Source: Eremomyces bilateralis CBS 781.70
Lineage: Eukaryota
NCBI GenBank assembly: GCA_010015585.1
Contig: ML975160.1
DNA: 64,000 nucleotides
Direction: 5' to 3' (one strand)
Of the stretch, positions 49,101 to 61,163 are shown one piece after another (the first letter of the stretch is position 1; the number at the start of each line of letters is the position of its first letter). The notes under the pieces are model-generated. The model made no database searches and was not told the origin of the DNA. It saw nothing but the letters and a program-made list of their open reading frames with translations. The position numbers and the translations under genes were made by a program.

Positions 49101-49699
49101 ACGTCCGTGGTGCTGAGGATAAACCCCAGCGTCCCTCCGATGTTACTCCATTCCGTCCGTCCCGTGAAGAATATGTCGCCGAACTTGATCAACCTCACTC
49201 CATTCTGTACCGCAGCCCGTTGGAGACCCTCTCCAACATGTCCGAACAGGTAGCTTCGAGGGGGATTGTCAAAGGTGAGGGCGAATGCCGCGCCGGGGGT
49301 GTCTGCCGTCGGCGTCGTGAGGAATTGAACGAAGGAAGAGTTTCGCTGCATGGTGTCCTTGAGATCTCGCCTGTTACGAAGAACGATAGGTTTCCGTTTT
49401 CGAACAAGAAGGACTTGCTTTAGGTTTCGGGCGACGCGAGATGAGTATAGGAATGGATCGAGGATCTCCTCATCTTCAGCGGATGGTTTGCGGCCCTTGC
49501 GATGGGATTTTCCCTTCCGAGGACGTGTTGAGTTGCTAGAATTACCAGTGTGAATGTATTGAGCACGGCTGTGGTATACGAATTGAGTCAACGGGGACAG
49601 CAGTGGGTGAAAAGCGTTCACCAATGATGCGGCAAAAGACGAAATAGGGGAGGTAAAATCTGTGGACAATCCACGTGTGAAGGACCTCGTGTACAACAT
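46160..49699 (-). CDS. TRZ1: tRNase Z (long form, ELAC2-like)
   Basis: TTPTADT, LGTGSALPS, LLDCGEGT, SHLHADHHLG, YSGDCRP, HEATF and LTHFSQRY. Confidence 0.95.
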   Translation of the reverse strand: MLYTRSFTRGLSTDFTSPISSFAASLVNAFHPLLSPLTQFVYHSRAQYIHTGNSSNSTRPRKGKSHRKGRKPSAEDEEILDPFLYSSRVARNLKQVLLVRKRKPIVLRNRRDLKDTMQRNSSFVQFLTTPTADTPGAAFALTFDNPPRSYLFGHVGEGLQRAAVQNGVRLIKFGDIFFTGRTEWSNIGGTLGFILSTTDVIIGRQLAAKAKQKEKAERAERVEKEGKTDGQGAKGELKESRKVEEVDRPEFRLHGARNLMHFLGTARRFIFRKGVPLHVTEYKSEEGDKDTDTLPEPSFADEFIKVWPVVAMPQTQSSRSTPSPHGRKRSLDEAEGRTMESRLTATDAEKAQQYDELRKAAVSAMFGSDWSMDALEEHRLVDVQLPAKLYIRDPETKDLKRYEGPTPGGDVDVSDVKVLVRKPWPGAKIDTLPPTAPLKDSVSYVIHQYEQRGRFMPSIAKNLGVPSGPLFSQLAAGGSIQLPNGKTITSDMVVEPGRPGRGVAVLDIPGPEYVQPLLSRSEWTNSQMMDSVSAFIWLLGPGVASNPDVNRFMEERSTLQHIVSSPDICHNRLSMNKAAMNTVRLKEVDPDRYELPHHEDQPLSNSLATNFTDGSAALPDFVNVADRGSTLRLEPNLHFSQETVAEPVDIAAARQSLSPTVLELVREAQANLEKDKTTLEQWKSTIPNPETEIITLGTGSALPSNHRNVSATLVRVPGHGSYLLDCGEGTLGQIKRVYGRKYKEVIKDLRMIWISHLHADHHLGTANVIKEWYALVHDSVPDPNPLSIHSLAREAQASPNTVPRRLAVVSEIGMHQWIAEYSQCEDIGYSRLLPLLPPATRSGTRPIQLITYNIPTPTSHPSDTQLISIDPLPTQPSTLQRLTGLHHLSAVLVRHCHHACAVALTWPDGLKIAYSGDCRPSLEFARIGRGATVCIHEATFGDELGGEAKAKLHSTSGEAVAVAREMRARACLLTHFSQRYAKVVNWQNPKVEIEKEAELVGEGEEEEVAAAEGVVEVPIDVVPEEKVEEEVEQAQRRKGVPEYTADRMDVDPPMKNDEDPDTRVAVAFDYMRVKVGDLAKLEYFLPALNELHNEPEPEPADEEGDDADNPAKPAKTKKQKDKKPSHQEKQSGKAKKKAAWGEKQRGNKKNKGDGGVTAVDAESKPLMVEENGGGVQSTG

Positions 49700-49818
49700 T
49701 CAACGGCTCATAATGCAAAAGTTGGATTACTGGAGGAGAAGATCCATTATTCCAGGGCCACAAGCAGATTGGAGTTGGCGCTTCAAAATAATTTGGTTGA
49801 ATTCTGAGCCAAGGACGG

Positions 49819-49855
49819 TTCAGCCTGAGGCGCCAAGGCATTAATATCGGGCAAT
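49819..49855 (+). repeat. 37-bp imperfect direct repeat, copy 1
   Basis: TTCAGCCTGAGGCGCCAAGGCATTAATATCGGGCAAT; 33/37 identical to 56110-56146. Confidence 0.85.
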
Positions 49856-50122
49856 TGGCACGTTGAAATTCCTATAGTTATTCGAAATCCTTATTATTTT
49901 GAATAGGGGCATCTTGCGACACGAATCACGATACCTAGGATCGGAACCATCACATTAGTGATTGATTACCACTCGGTCTCATCATCACTTTAAGTCGATT
50001 GTGAAGAGCAGCAGACTTCTATAGGCTTCTATACAGGCTTCTATACAGGCTTGTTTGAAGTGCATGTCAGCGGTTGCTAACTAGAACGCATGTCGTGTCG
50101 TTACATGTGTAGTATAGACGGC

Positions 50123-51532
50123 TCATGTGTGAGGGAACGTCGGATGGCAAGGAGGTTGTTTTGCAATCCACTGCTCGATCTTTGACTTGTTCCATCCACT
50201 TCGCCACTTCTTGTTGTCCTTCTGATCCCTTCTCTGACCGAGATGGATACTCTTTCCTAAACCGCACCTCTTTCCGTCGAAAGCAAATTGAAAGCATTCC
50301 TTGGCTTGTTCACACCTTTGTTTGCATGCGTTATACGACTCAGCCTGTTCCATGGTATCTGTAGAAAGACTATCCCAGTCTTCCAGTTCATCGGGAAGGT
50401 TGTTTCTAACGACTGCGTTGAAGAAATCCGAAAAGGTCCAAGGCGACTACTCTGTTAGTCTTGCAACCTAAGCAGAAAGTCCAGACTGTGTAAAACGTAC
50501 CGTCTGATTAGCCCTCGACCTTTCGAAGTTGGCAATGATGCTCATATGGTTTGGCTGGACATGGTGCATGGTAACACTTGGTTCGCACCAGTGTGTAGAT
50601 CCGAAGGGTAGTGTCACTGGATTTTCTCCATTGATAGTCGGCCACGATTCTTTTAGGATGATGCCACGCTCCTTCAAGATCATTCCAATGACATAATCTC
50701 CGCAGCATTCCTCGTGCATGGGTTTGTCCCAGCTTGCCGCCGAACCGTTGTGGGTGACGGCAAAATCGTAGACTGTCGCTCGAGACATGAGGATGCCACT
50801 ACCTCCGTGAGCGAATGCGACTTCTGCCCAACGTGCTGGAGAACCGAGATAGGACTTTTCCGATGGGTCCGGAAGGCGTTCCAGCCACAAGAGGAGATTG
50901 GACCAGGACAAGTAGGTATCTGCGTCAATCATCATGTACCAGTCTCGTTCCGGAAAGGCATCCCAAATCTTCTCCAGAATATGCACCTGTTTGTACTTGT
51001 CGAGTGTCCAAGCAGCAAGGTCTTCTGGCCTTCGAGGATCAAGGACTCCGCCCATCATAGCCTCGACCTCGCCATACTTCTTTAACTCTTTCTGCTTCAA
51101 ATAGAAAGCGAAGTCAGAATTCCCCTCCATTGCAGAGCTTGGGATCATATCCAGCGCATCATGGATGTGGAAGCCGGCTACGTCCTCTTCCAAGTCAGAA
51201 AAGACCATGACATTTCGAACACACCGTAATGAGGTGAGCATTTGTATTGGAAGCCGTCTCTGAACCTCAGTGGCCCCAGTCTTGACGGCAATGACCACGT
51301 TTCCAAGGTCAGGAAAAGCTGCGCATCGCGGGTCATGTAATACTGGGCTCTCGATATATTCATCATCCATAGGCTTTAGCAGCTCGGGTCCTGGCGTCGA
51401 TAGATGGTAAAAGGCGGGCCGCCATGTGTGTCGTTGTAAAACTGAGATGGGTAGAACATAGCATAACAATAGCACAATTACAAAGACTACGGAAAGGCGC
51501 GTGAATAGGGGACGGCGAAAGATTAGGGGCAT
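50123..51532 (-). CDS. Glycosyltransferase family 31 (fringe-like), type II membrane protein with Cys-rich C-terminus; one intron near 50449-50500
   Basis: N-terminal TM, then VKTGATE, WTLDKYK, WYMMIDADTY (DxD), FAHGGSG and CCGD. The last exon encodes C..RC....C.Q....C...WRSGW. Confidence 0.85.
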
Positions 51533-52514
51533 AAGATGAGGGCCGATATACGCCGAGGCGTCGGTAAGAGTTTCAAAAAGCATCATTCAGGAGTTGAAAG
51601 TCGGCCTCGTTGCAAAAAAAAAAGAGCGTGGAGACGACATCATTAAAGACCGGCCTGGCTATTTCTGTTATTAACAAGGCTAAGAAGTGAGAATACTGTG
51701 CCGCTCGTGTATTGCATGCCATATTGCCATAGGATACACACAGTGCAGGACGTTGGACACCGCGAACCCTAGTTGGTAGATATACTACATGACAGCGGAA
51801 TGTATTATCGTGACCCACATGTATCAAGGAGTGTCATAGCGGAGGACAAATTTGGGCGCCCCCCTTTCAACATTTACGGCTCGGTAAGGCAGTGGCGCGC
51901 CTTGTTGCGGCGAACAACTAATGTAGCCGGGTTGATACCTGCTCTAAATCGGCGAGCAACATGGCTGGTCCTCAACGTGATGAAGCGTTCCTGAGGACAC
52001 TTAAAAGCGGTCGATCATACGTCCCAGCTGCTGTGCAGTGTTAAGTGTGTTGGTCAGAATTTGATAGGCGAAAATCCAGAGGGCTGAGATGTTGTTGACA
52101 TGTTGTGCTTGGGATGGAGTATTAAATACCTAGCCGAGCCTAGGGTGTTCCACTCCTTCGGGCCGGCCCTGCCGTTTCTGTCCAACCAAATGCCCTGCTC
52201 AGCACCCAAGGCGCCCGAAATAAAATTAGGCCCGCCGATCTCCCGCATGCTCATACAGCTCATCCTGCTATGAACATATTATGTATATGGCAGACTGGCA
52301 GCGTTTAGCCCACTACCTACAGAGCCCGGAATCCGATGAATCCATGGCAGTGATGGCATATATACCGTCAACTATGGGAGGCTTGCGTTTGCCAACGAGA
52401 GCTTAGTCGACTTCTCGCGCCGACATCTCACCCACCCTGCCACTGCCTCCTTCTCTCGCCTTCTCTCTATCTATATTCTGCGATAGATCCGCACCTGTGA
52501 GAGCCAACTGCACA

Positions 52515-53282
52515 ATGGGCTCCTTCATCAACCCTCCTCCCACTGGACCTACTAGCGAGTTCTCACAAAATCCCATATATCCCGTCGGCACCTCGCAGAC
52601 GGTGAAGTGGTCAACATCTTGGGAATACATCTCTCTTGTTTTATATCAAGACAGCAATTCAAGCTTTCAGTACCTTCCCGGATCGGGTAAGGCCCCCATT
52701 GGACAATGCCATAATGCATATTGATGAAAATTTCCAGAGAATATCACAGCTTCACAGATTCGATGGACTACATCTGTCGATGGTCTATTCGACCCCCTTC
52801 AAGGAAATGTCTTTTTCTTTGCCGTCTTCAAGTCCGGCAGCGGAAGGGACTATTTCGGAAGCCACTACTTCAACATCACCAACGACCGAGTCAACCCACA
52901 AGGTGAACCCATCACTTCGCCCACTTCTACCTCTTCGGCAGCCAGCATCCCACCCACTTCTTCTACCTTTTCCACCGCCACCACCGGTGGAAGGGAGACG
53001 GTGACTCTGGCTCCAACTCCGGCTCCGTCAGCAGATTCGAGCTCAGATACCAAAGTTGGGGTGGGTGTTGGACTTGGTGTGGGCATTCTCGTTGTCGTTG
53101 CCGTGGGCCTGGTCGTCTGGTATTTCCTCCGTAGGCACAATCAAGGGAACACTTGTAATAATGTGTCAAACCCTCAGGCCGCCTCTTGGAAGTGTGGTGA
53201 TTTTGCTGAGGACTCCAATCATCCCAATCCGTTGCAACGACAGCTCTTCCTCTCAGTGCCTCCACAGGAATTATCTACCTAA
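52515..53282 (+). CDS. Single-pass membrane protein (extracellular domain, S/T-rich stalk, TM; Mid2-like layout), possibly degenerate
   Basis: FINPP...WSTSWEYISLVLYQ, then intron GTAAGG...CAG (about 52687-52737), then SHYFNIT, a S/T run, KVGVGVGLGVGILVVVAVGLVVWYFL and RRH. No in-frame ATG precedes the upstream hydrophobic stretch. Confidence 0.6.
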
Positions 53283-53344
53283 GATGTGTTAACGGAGTAA
53301 TTATTGTTTATTGGTTGCCAAGATCTAGGACCAGGTATATGGAA

Positions 53345-55581
53345 CTCGACTTACTATGGTACAACGCACTGTTCTACAATAGTAATGAATAACTCTTAAC
53401 CTACGTGAATAATACCCGCGTCAATATTCTGGAAGAAATATTCAACTGGGCTGATAGGCAAGATGAGCGGTGCATCTTCTGGTTGAGCGGCCTAGCTAGG
53501 ACGGGAAAGTCTACGATTGCTCGTACTGTTGCGCGCAGATGTTTCGACTCAGTCCGTCTTGGAGCCAGCTTCTTCTTCTCAAGGGGTGGTGGAGACGTTG
53601 GTCATGCTGGCAAATTCGTAACAAGCATTACAGTACAGCTTGCAAGAAACGTTCCTGCTCTCCATCAACACATTTGTGACGCTATCGCAGAGCGCAGCGA
53701 TATTTCTAGCCGGTCCCTTCGCGATCAATGGCACCATCTCGTTGTCGGTCCGTTTTTAAAGCTGGTCGGCAAGGACTCCCAATCCTCTTATGTTCTGGTC
53801 ATTGATGCTCTCGATGAGTGCGCTGAGGATAACAACATCCGGATCATTTTACAGCTAGTGGCCGAGATACGATCGCTACCGAAGGTCCGGCTACGAATCT
53901 TTTTAACGAGCAGACCTGAAATTCCAATCCGATATGGGTTCTGTCAAATACCGGATACGGAACACCAGGACTTTATCCTGCACAACATCCCACCATCAAT
54001 TGTGGACCACGATATTACTATTTTCCTAGAATACAATCTGGCACTCATCGGGCAGGAACGCTCTCTAGGCGCTAATTGGCCCGGCGGAGATAACATTAAA
54101 CGTCTGGTTCAGAATGCAAGTGGCCTATTCATCTGGGCGGCAACAGCATATCGGTTCATCCGTGACGGGAGACGATTTACAGAAAAGAGACTGAGTACAA
54201 TTCTTGGCGGCAGTAGCAACGCTGCTACGGCACTAGAGAAGCACCTCAATGAAATTTACATTCCTGTTCTTGGGTATTCCATTTCCCCAGACTATTCGGA
54301 TGAGGAGAAAGAGGAGTTGTACGGAATGGTGAGACATATTCTTGGGAGTATAGTTCTGCTCTTTTCCCCACTCTCTTCCGCTTCTCTAGGCAGACTTATC
54401 CACCTTCAAACCAGGGACATTGACCAGACGTTAGACGTTCTTCATGCAATACTAGACATTCCAGAGGACCGACATCGCCCGCTTCGTCTACACCACCCTT
54501 CATTTCGCGAATTCCTCCTTGATAAGAAGAGATGCAGTAATTCAAACTTCTGGGTTAACGAGAAGCAGGTACATAGGGCATTAGCTACGAGCTGTATACA
54601 GCTAATGTCGGCCTCTCTTAAGCAAGACATCTGCGGAATGGAAGCTCCAGGTGTGCTCGTAGCTAATGTATCGAGCAATCGAGTGGAGCAATACTTTACT
54701 CCGGAGGTTCAATATGCATGTCTCTACTGGGTTCAGCATCTTCAGAAGAGCGATGCTCGGCTTCATGACAACGACGTAGTGCATCAGTTCCTGCAGATAC
54801 ACTTACTACACTGGTTTGAGGCGCTAAGCTGGATGCGGAGGATCTCTGAAGGGATCTATACAATTACTTCTTTAGAGTCCGTTGCCCTTGTAAGTAAGCC
54901 AACAGCATTACACGAGTCTTCCAGCTTAATTTGGTTCAGGAACATGACTGTCCCCGTCTCTCCGAGTTTATTCATGATGCCAAATGATTTGCACTATTTA
55001 ACCAACCAGTCTTAGAGTATGCTCCTCTACAGATCTACTGTAGTGCATTGATTTTTACACCTACGATGAGTGTAGTTAGGAGGCAGTTCAAAGACCGGAT
55101 ACCTCGATGGATGCAAAGATTGCCTAAGATTGAGAACGATTGGAGTGCTCTACTGCAGACACTCGAGGGCCATGCGGACCGGGTCAACGCCGTGGCCTTC
55201 TCGCCGGACGGCAAGGTGGTAGCGTCGGCGTCGAACGACAAGACGGTCCGGCTATGGGACGCCGGATCGGGAGCGTCCCTGCAGATGTTCCCTGTAGATG
55301 CTGTTGTTCAGACTCTTTCGTTCTCTAATGATGGGATATCCCTCCAGACTGAAAGAGGACAGCTACACCTCGCAATTCTCTCCCACGGTTTAGCTGCTTC
55401 CGAATCCAGCCGTTCATGGGCTATATTCGTGAATCAGCAATGGATTAGCTGGGGCATGGACAATATGCTTTGGCTTCCTTCCGAATATCGGCGCTGTTGC
55501 GTTGATATTCACAGCAACGTTGTTGCTTTAGGATGTGGATCTGGTCGTGTGTCAGTCATGGCATTCGACTTTGAATCTTAG
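53345..55581 (+). pseudogene. NACHT-WD40 NLR (HET-E/HNWD-like) pseudogene lacking its N-terminal effector domain
   Basis: TRV...IFWLSGLARTGKSTIART (Walker A G>R), VIDALDEC, FLTSRPE, GLFIWA, HPSFREFL and YACLYW. Intron 54890-54939, then an in-frame TGA at 54985-54987 (HDAK*FAL). One WD40 repeat ([17 protein letters not shown]...VRLWD). No ATG start. Confidence 0.88.
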
Positions 55582-56109
55582 TATCTTACTGGAGCTCCAC
55601 CCCGCCCACCCCTCCGTCGTGGTCGACATTGCTTTATACTCTCACGAAAGTGGTGAGAGCGGCAATGCTTATGTTGCTGCGCTCATCACCAATCCCTAAA
55701 TGGGTTTAGTTTCTCCAAACCTTAGGCCTGTCTCACGTTATTTCGCCTCTGTGGCCGTGCTCGGAAACTTTAGTTCCGCAAGGGGCGTTACAGTACCGCG
55801 GACGGTGTGCAGTGAATGGTGAAAATAGAAATGGAAATACAATCATCTATCCTTCGTCAAACTAGCAACCCTTGATTGTGTAGTTTCTAGACTGACCACG
55901 GCGCTTGGATATTTAATTGATTGGATGAGACAGGTCTAATGAATAATTAGGTCCCTTTAGGCCTCTTGCTAAGCCACTTGGTTAAATAACCTGTGAAATA
56001 CTCCTGAATTACCTGTGTTTTCTAAGGTAGAATAACCAAAATCTATCGTTATGCTTGTAATAAAAGTTTGACCTTCCTGCATGCACGGCGCTACAATGTG
56101 AAAGTACAT

Positions 56110-56146
56110 TTCAGCCTGAGGCACTCAGGCATTAATACCGGGCAAT
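56110..56146 (+). repeat. 37-bp imperfect direct repeat, copy 2
   Basis: TTCAGCCTGAGGCACTCAGGCATTAATACCGGGCAAT. Both copies are followed within a few bp by TTGAAAT. Confidence 0.85.
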
Positions 56147-58075
56147 GGGTTGAAATATTCGGTTGAGTATGTGGCGTCAACTGTGGCAGTGTGGATATTG
56201 ATGGAAGGCGATAATCACGTAATTAGTGAATTTGACTCTAATGTACAGTACACCGGAGAATCAATAATTTTGTCTTTTCAATCTCCGTGTATCGTGTATC
56301 GTGAGTTCGTGACGGGGCGACTGCGGCCATGATGTCAGGGAACCAACCTTTCGCCTTCGACCTGACCGTGGCAACCTGGAATAGTTCCAATGGACCATGG
56401 GGATAGAGTGCAATCGCCAAGTCTCGTGTTTGAAACGGAACCCGTCTGATCTTGAGTGATGACTCAAGGAGCAATCTGTAGGTAGGTACTTAGGAGTTAG
56501 GACTACGAGTACAGTTCACGTGATGATCGGAGTTTCTGGTCGAAGCAAGTCCGACACCGACATGTCCGCACTCCGCAGCGATTTTAGAGACGAGATGACG
56601 CGTCCTTTCTGCGCCTGCTTCCCCTGTCGGCCGCGACACTCTGATCTCGTTGGGCGATTGGACAACACTCCTTGGCGATCACTCATCACTTAGCAGTCAC
56701 TCGATGCCTCTCAAGTCTCAGCAGTCAGCACATGCTGCTGTCGCGCACTCGCGCTGCATACCCAAACGGGATTACGTCCGTAGTAATAATAACTGCAGAG
56801 TAGAGCCGGATTTCCAAATCTGTTGCTCTGCCACCGCCAAATTGCTGGTGCTTATGATCCGTGTCGACTGTCGAGGGACTCTTTCAGCTGGGATACCAGG
56901 AGGAGGTAAATTTGATTCTCCGTGTCTGTTCAAGGCGAGACGAAAGGTGTTGAAGGAGTGTTCTGGATGGGAATGAAACGTTCCTCGAAAGTCTCGAGGG
57001 GTTTCAGTGGCCATGGTGGGCTATTAAATCCACTGGAGCCCGGAAGAGTGCCCGAGGGTGTGCCCAATCTGAACCCATGCTCGGTGCAATGCGTCCAAAG
57101 TCCAAAGTCCAAGAGGGCCTTTGCGCCCGAGTCGAAGCGGGAATAATGGAGGAATTGGTGGTGACAATTGTCAAGGAGTCGGGCAAATTGTTGCTCCTTC
57201 TCAAAATCCAAATATTACCTGGACTTTGTATTGTTACTCCGTATTATTAGGCCGTTGTGAGGCGCAAGGGCAGGTCTCAATTGGCTGGAGGTGGAGCTGC
57301 CCGAGTATTTGCCGACTCAGCCTTGCGCTAGTTCGGTGTCCAAATGAGAATAATACAGTAATATTCATGAAACTCTATGGGGATTGGGGGCTAAATTGGA
57401 GTCCTTGAATCCACGTCACTCTGAAGTCTGAAGTCTGATTGACTGAACTTTGCAGGGAGCGTATTGTATTCTGTAGGGTAACCCACTCTCTAGTCTTTTT
57501 ACGCTTCCTAACGCTGCTCTCCCATTTAGTTGTCGTTAGTGCGACACCATCTCTTCTTATTAGAGGTTCCTTCTTCCGCCGGCCCTTCGGCGTTTCCACA
57601 AGCCCATGTCTCTCTAATCTCCATATTGTGTAATTCTTGAGTCCTGAAACCCTGGCACAGCCCCCTCCCCTTTGGCCTTTAGCCCTGCCTGCACATTCTA
57701 ATCCCCAGTGTCCCCCAAGTGTCCCCAGTTTCTCGGTCCTGTCTTTTCGTTCCGATTCTCTTCAATAATCTTCAAATCGTCTTCGAATTATCGCTATCAA
57801 TATCGAAACCTCTTACGACATTACCACGGCCTATTCATCACGACTTTCGAGCATACGTCGCATTCACCACCGGTTTCTTCGTATATTAATCACCTATTGG
57901 ACGGGGAACCCTGCGATTTCGACTGCCGCCGGAGGCCACGCGTCCCATCCATCCCACCCATCTTCACCAACTCCTCATCGCCATCATAATCAGGGCGCTC
58001 CTCGACGCCTGAGAGAACTAGGCATCATCAGGATCCTATTCTCCATTGCCTCCTGAGGCTCCACCGCAGTTTCCA

Positions 58076-59879
58076 ATGGCCGCAACTCAATTCCTGTCGT
58101 TTAATCCTTTCAGCACAATGGGAAACCAATGTGTCGACCCGGATATGGATGCCTTCATCGACATGAACATGACCTCTCCGGGTCCATCATCGTCAAGTCA
58201 CCAGCAACCGATTCCCATGTCCCGTGCGCAGTCGAGTATACCAAGCCCACTGCTTGACATCGCTGAAGAGCCGCAACAAACGCCTGCCAAGCCGGCCCAT
58301 GACTATGACCAGTTCAAGCAACAAGTCGGTTTGCCAGCCGGCTCCATGGCCCACTTCCGGACAATCGATCAGTCAAGCCAAACTGGTCTCGATACGTTCG
58401 ACTTTGAGGGCCTGGAAGAGGCCAACTTCGCCTTCGACGGCATGGGCTCGGGCATGAATATGGGCGGCGACACCAACATGAAGTTCGAACTCGAAACTCC
58501 GACCAACGATCTCCCTGCCTTCTTCTTCCCCAACAACAGCTTTATCAACCCAAGTAACCTGCAACAGGAGCAGCGGCCGGCCCGTTATTTTCCCGGCATG
58601 CATCAGCAGGAAGCGCTCGCCAAGGCACAGGCACAGGCGGCTCAACAGAAAGACTCGCCGGAGCAGAATTCGAAGGGTTCCGCCGGAAAGGGCAAGCAAC
58701 CAGTGGATGCTCGAAGTGAAGAGGCCATCGCTCGTGTCATCAATCAGATCCGCCGGAACAGCTCCAACACTTCTGGTGAGGACGGGTCGCCTCAATCGAA
58801 TGGCTCGAATATCTTCCGCAACAAGAAAGAGGAGGATGAGATGGACGAGGACGAACGTCTCCTCGCCAGTGAAGAAGGCAAGAAGCTCAGCAGTAAAGAA
58901 CGTCGACAGCTTCGCAACAAGGTGTCTGCTCGTGCGTTCCGCTCGAGGAGAAAGGGTCAGTACACACTCCGGTGATTATCATCCACTATTCCCGATCATA
59001 CTAACGATATCCATAGAATACATCGGTCAATTGGAGTCCGAAATCACTGCCAAGACGAACGAGGCCGCCGACCTTAAGCGCCGCAACGCCGATCTCGTCG
59101 CCGAAAACACTCGGTCGCGTAACTTCATCGACTTGGTCCTCCGCCATCCCGCCTTCCAGGACTTCCTCGAAGACCTCTCCCGCGACCCCACCCTGTCGGA
59201 CACCCTTCCGAACATGCAAAACCTCGCCCCCACCGCCCAAACCCAGCAAGCATCCGCTCCCGCCCCCGCTCCCCAGCAAAAGGATGTGGATCCCTTCCAG
59301 GCATCCCAGATGCTCGAGCAGTCCGAGGAAGCCCCCATCGTCGGCATGGCCACGATCCCAGAACACACTCTCGACATCTCCGCTCTGAACCTCAACGGCA
59401 ACCATGCCGGCAACTGGACCCTTCCGAACCTCGGATTCGGCTTCCAAATCCCGAACGTGTACTCCGTCCTCGACCTCCCTGTCGGCCCCGCCCAGCCGCT
59501 GAACGCCGACGCGCTCTCCGGCAAGGGCACTGGTTCCATGCTCAACCACTTCGCCGCCGAGGACGACGAGACGAAGCCGGCGCATCCCGTGATCGAGCAT
59601 CCGGTCACTGAACCCGCTGCGAAGACTCCGATCGAAGACGATGCGGACATCGCTGAGGATCCCGCTTTCGCTCTCTATGTCAACCCACCCGTCACCACGC
59701 CTGCCCCGTCGTCCACACTGTCGCCCATCGCTCCCATCACGTCCGAGAAAGACTCACAGTTCGAACTCGTCGTCCGGATGTCGAGCGACGAGGACCTGAC
59801 CGCACGGCTAGAGCGGATGTGTGCGGCCATCGATCCCCTCTCCCACCGGATCGAGGCGTGGACGTCGAGTTTGATTTAA
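58076..59879 (+). CDS. bZIP transcription factor (intron 58956-59016)
   Basis: EEGKKLSSKERRQLRNKVSARAFRSRRK|EYIGQLE, followed by a leucine zipper. Confidence 0.93.
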
Positions 59880-61163
59880 CGAAATTCGATCACGAGACAT
59901 GGGCGTTTGGACCGCGCGCGGACCTCTATGATCCTCGTTCAGCTACCTCTTGAGTTGCGACCGACCTTGAGGGTGCGTTTTGGGGGTTTGGTTTGACGGG
60001 CGCTTTTCTCATGACGGACTCGGAGCACGGCAATGCGCTTGCTAGACCACGTCGTTTATCAGATGTAATTAATGACCGATATATGAATGACTACTATATA
60101 TTCTGGGGGGTTTGGAGATATGCGGACATCGCTGGATCATCACTACTCGACCAGTTAAGGTATGGCATATACAGTGTAGCTAGCTTTATGAATAACTATG
60201 AAACAATTGTCGATTGGCCATGTTCCTTCCGCGCGCAATTCGGCTACCTGTGCTTCACCCAAGGGGTCGCAATGTCGCTACCCTGAATAACCAAGGGTCT
60301 CAGGTGAGAACCGGCTCTGGAATGTCGGGGAGCCAACACCAAAAAACCGTCCTTTCGCCGCCAAGGAACCAGAAATTAACGTCATTCCCATCCCGAAAAA
60401 TGTCGAACGACCGTTTCAAACCCAATGCAGCGGACGCACCTCGTACAAAACGGCAAACCCGCCCTCACTCCCATTCGGACCCCCAATATCTCGTGCTTCT
60501 CTGGAGAATGCGACTCAACGATGTCGCCATGCGGGCGATTTTCGCCGTCAAATCGTCCGGATTCGAGGTACCTTGATGTCAAAGTGGAACAAGCAATGAT
60601 GGATGCCCGTCACCTCCGCCCTGAGTAACTAACTAACCCATGCGGAAGACCCTGATGATCGAAGATCGTCGGCGATGAGGTGCTTCGTCGGTCGCGATTG
60701 GCTCTGAAGCTACTTCTAGGCTTCATATTTCTTAACTGCTGTGAATCCGTGCTCTTTCCATCTTACCCAAGTCGCTCTTTCATATGTCAAATACAGAAGT
60801 CGTTTCGTTTGACTTCAATAACGCTGTCGTTTCCGAACGATTTCGTGGAAATTCCGGCCACTTCTATTCCGCCCAGCGTTGCCTGGTGGAGGCGCGCATC
60901 GTGTTAATGCGAAAGAATAAACAGATCGATGTCTGCTGCAGTAGACATATATAAGTTCACGCCCTACGATCGAAGAAAAACATTCTCCGTGACTCAGCGA
61001 ACGAACGTCTTCGCGATCCACCTTCGATTACTCATCATATGAACTTCTTTCACCAACCGCACCTCATCCATCACTCATATCCGCCTCATCTTCAAGAGAA
61101 ACTCGTATCCGAGTCACTCAAGCCAATCATACCAACCGCAATCCTCAACCCTCACTCTCCAAC

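Noticed and set aside
49819..56146. Starship-type giant transposon
   Set aside because: There is no DUF3435 tyrosine recombinase captain, the block is small, and the repeat is far longer than Starship direct repeats.
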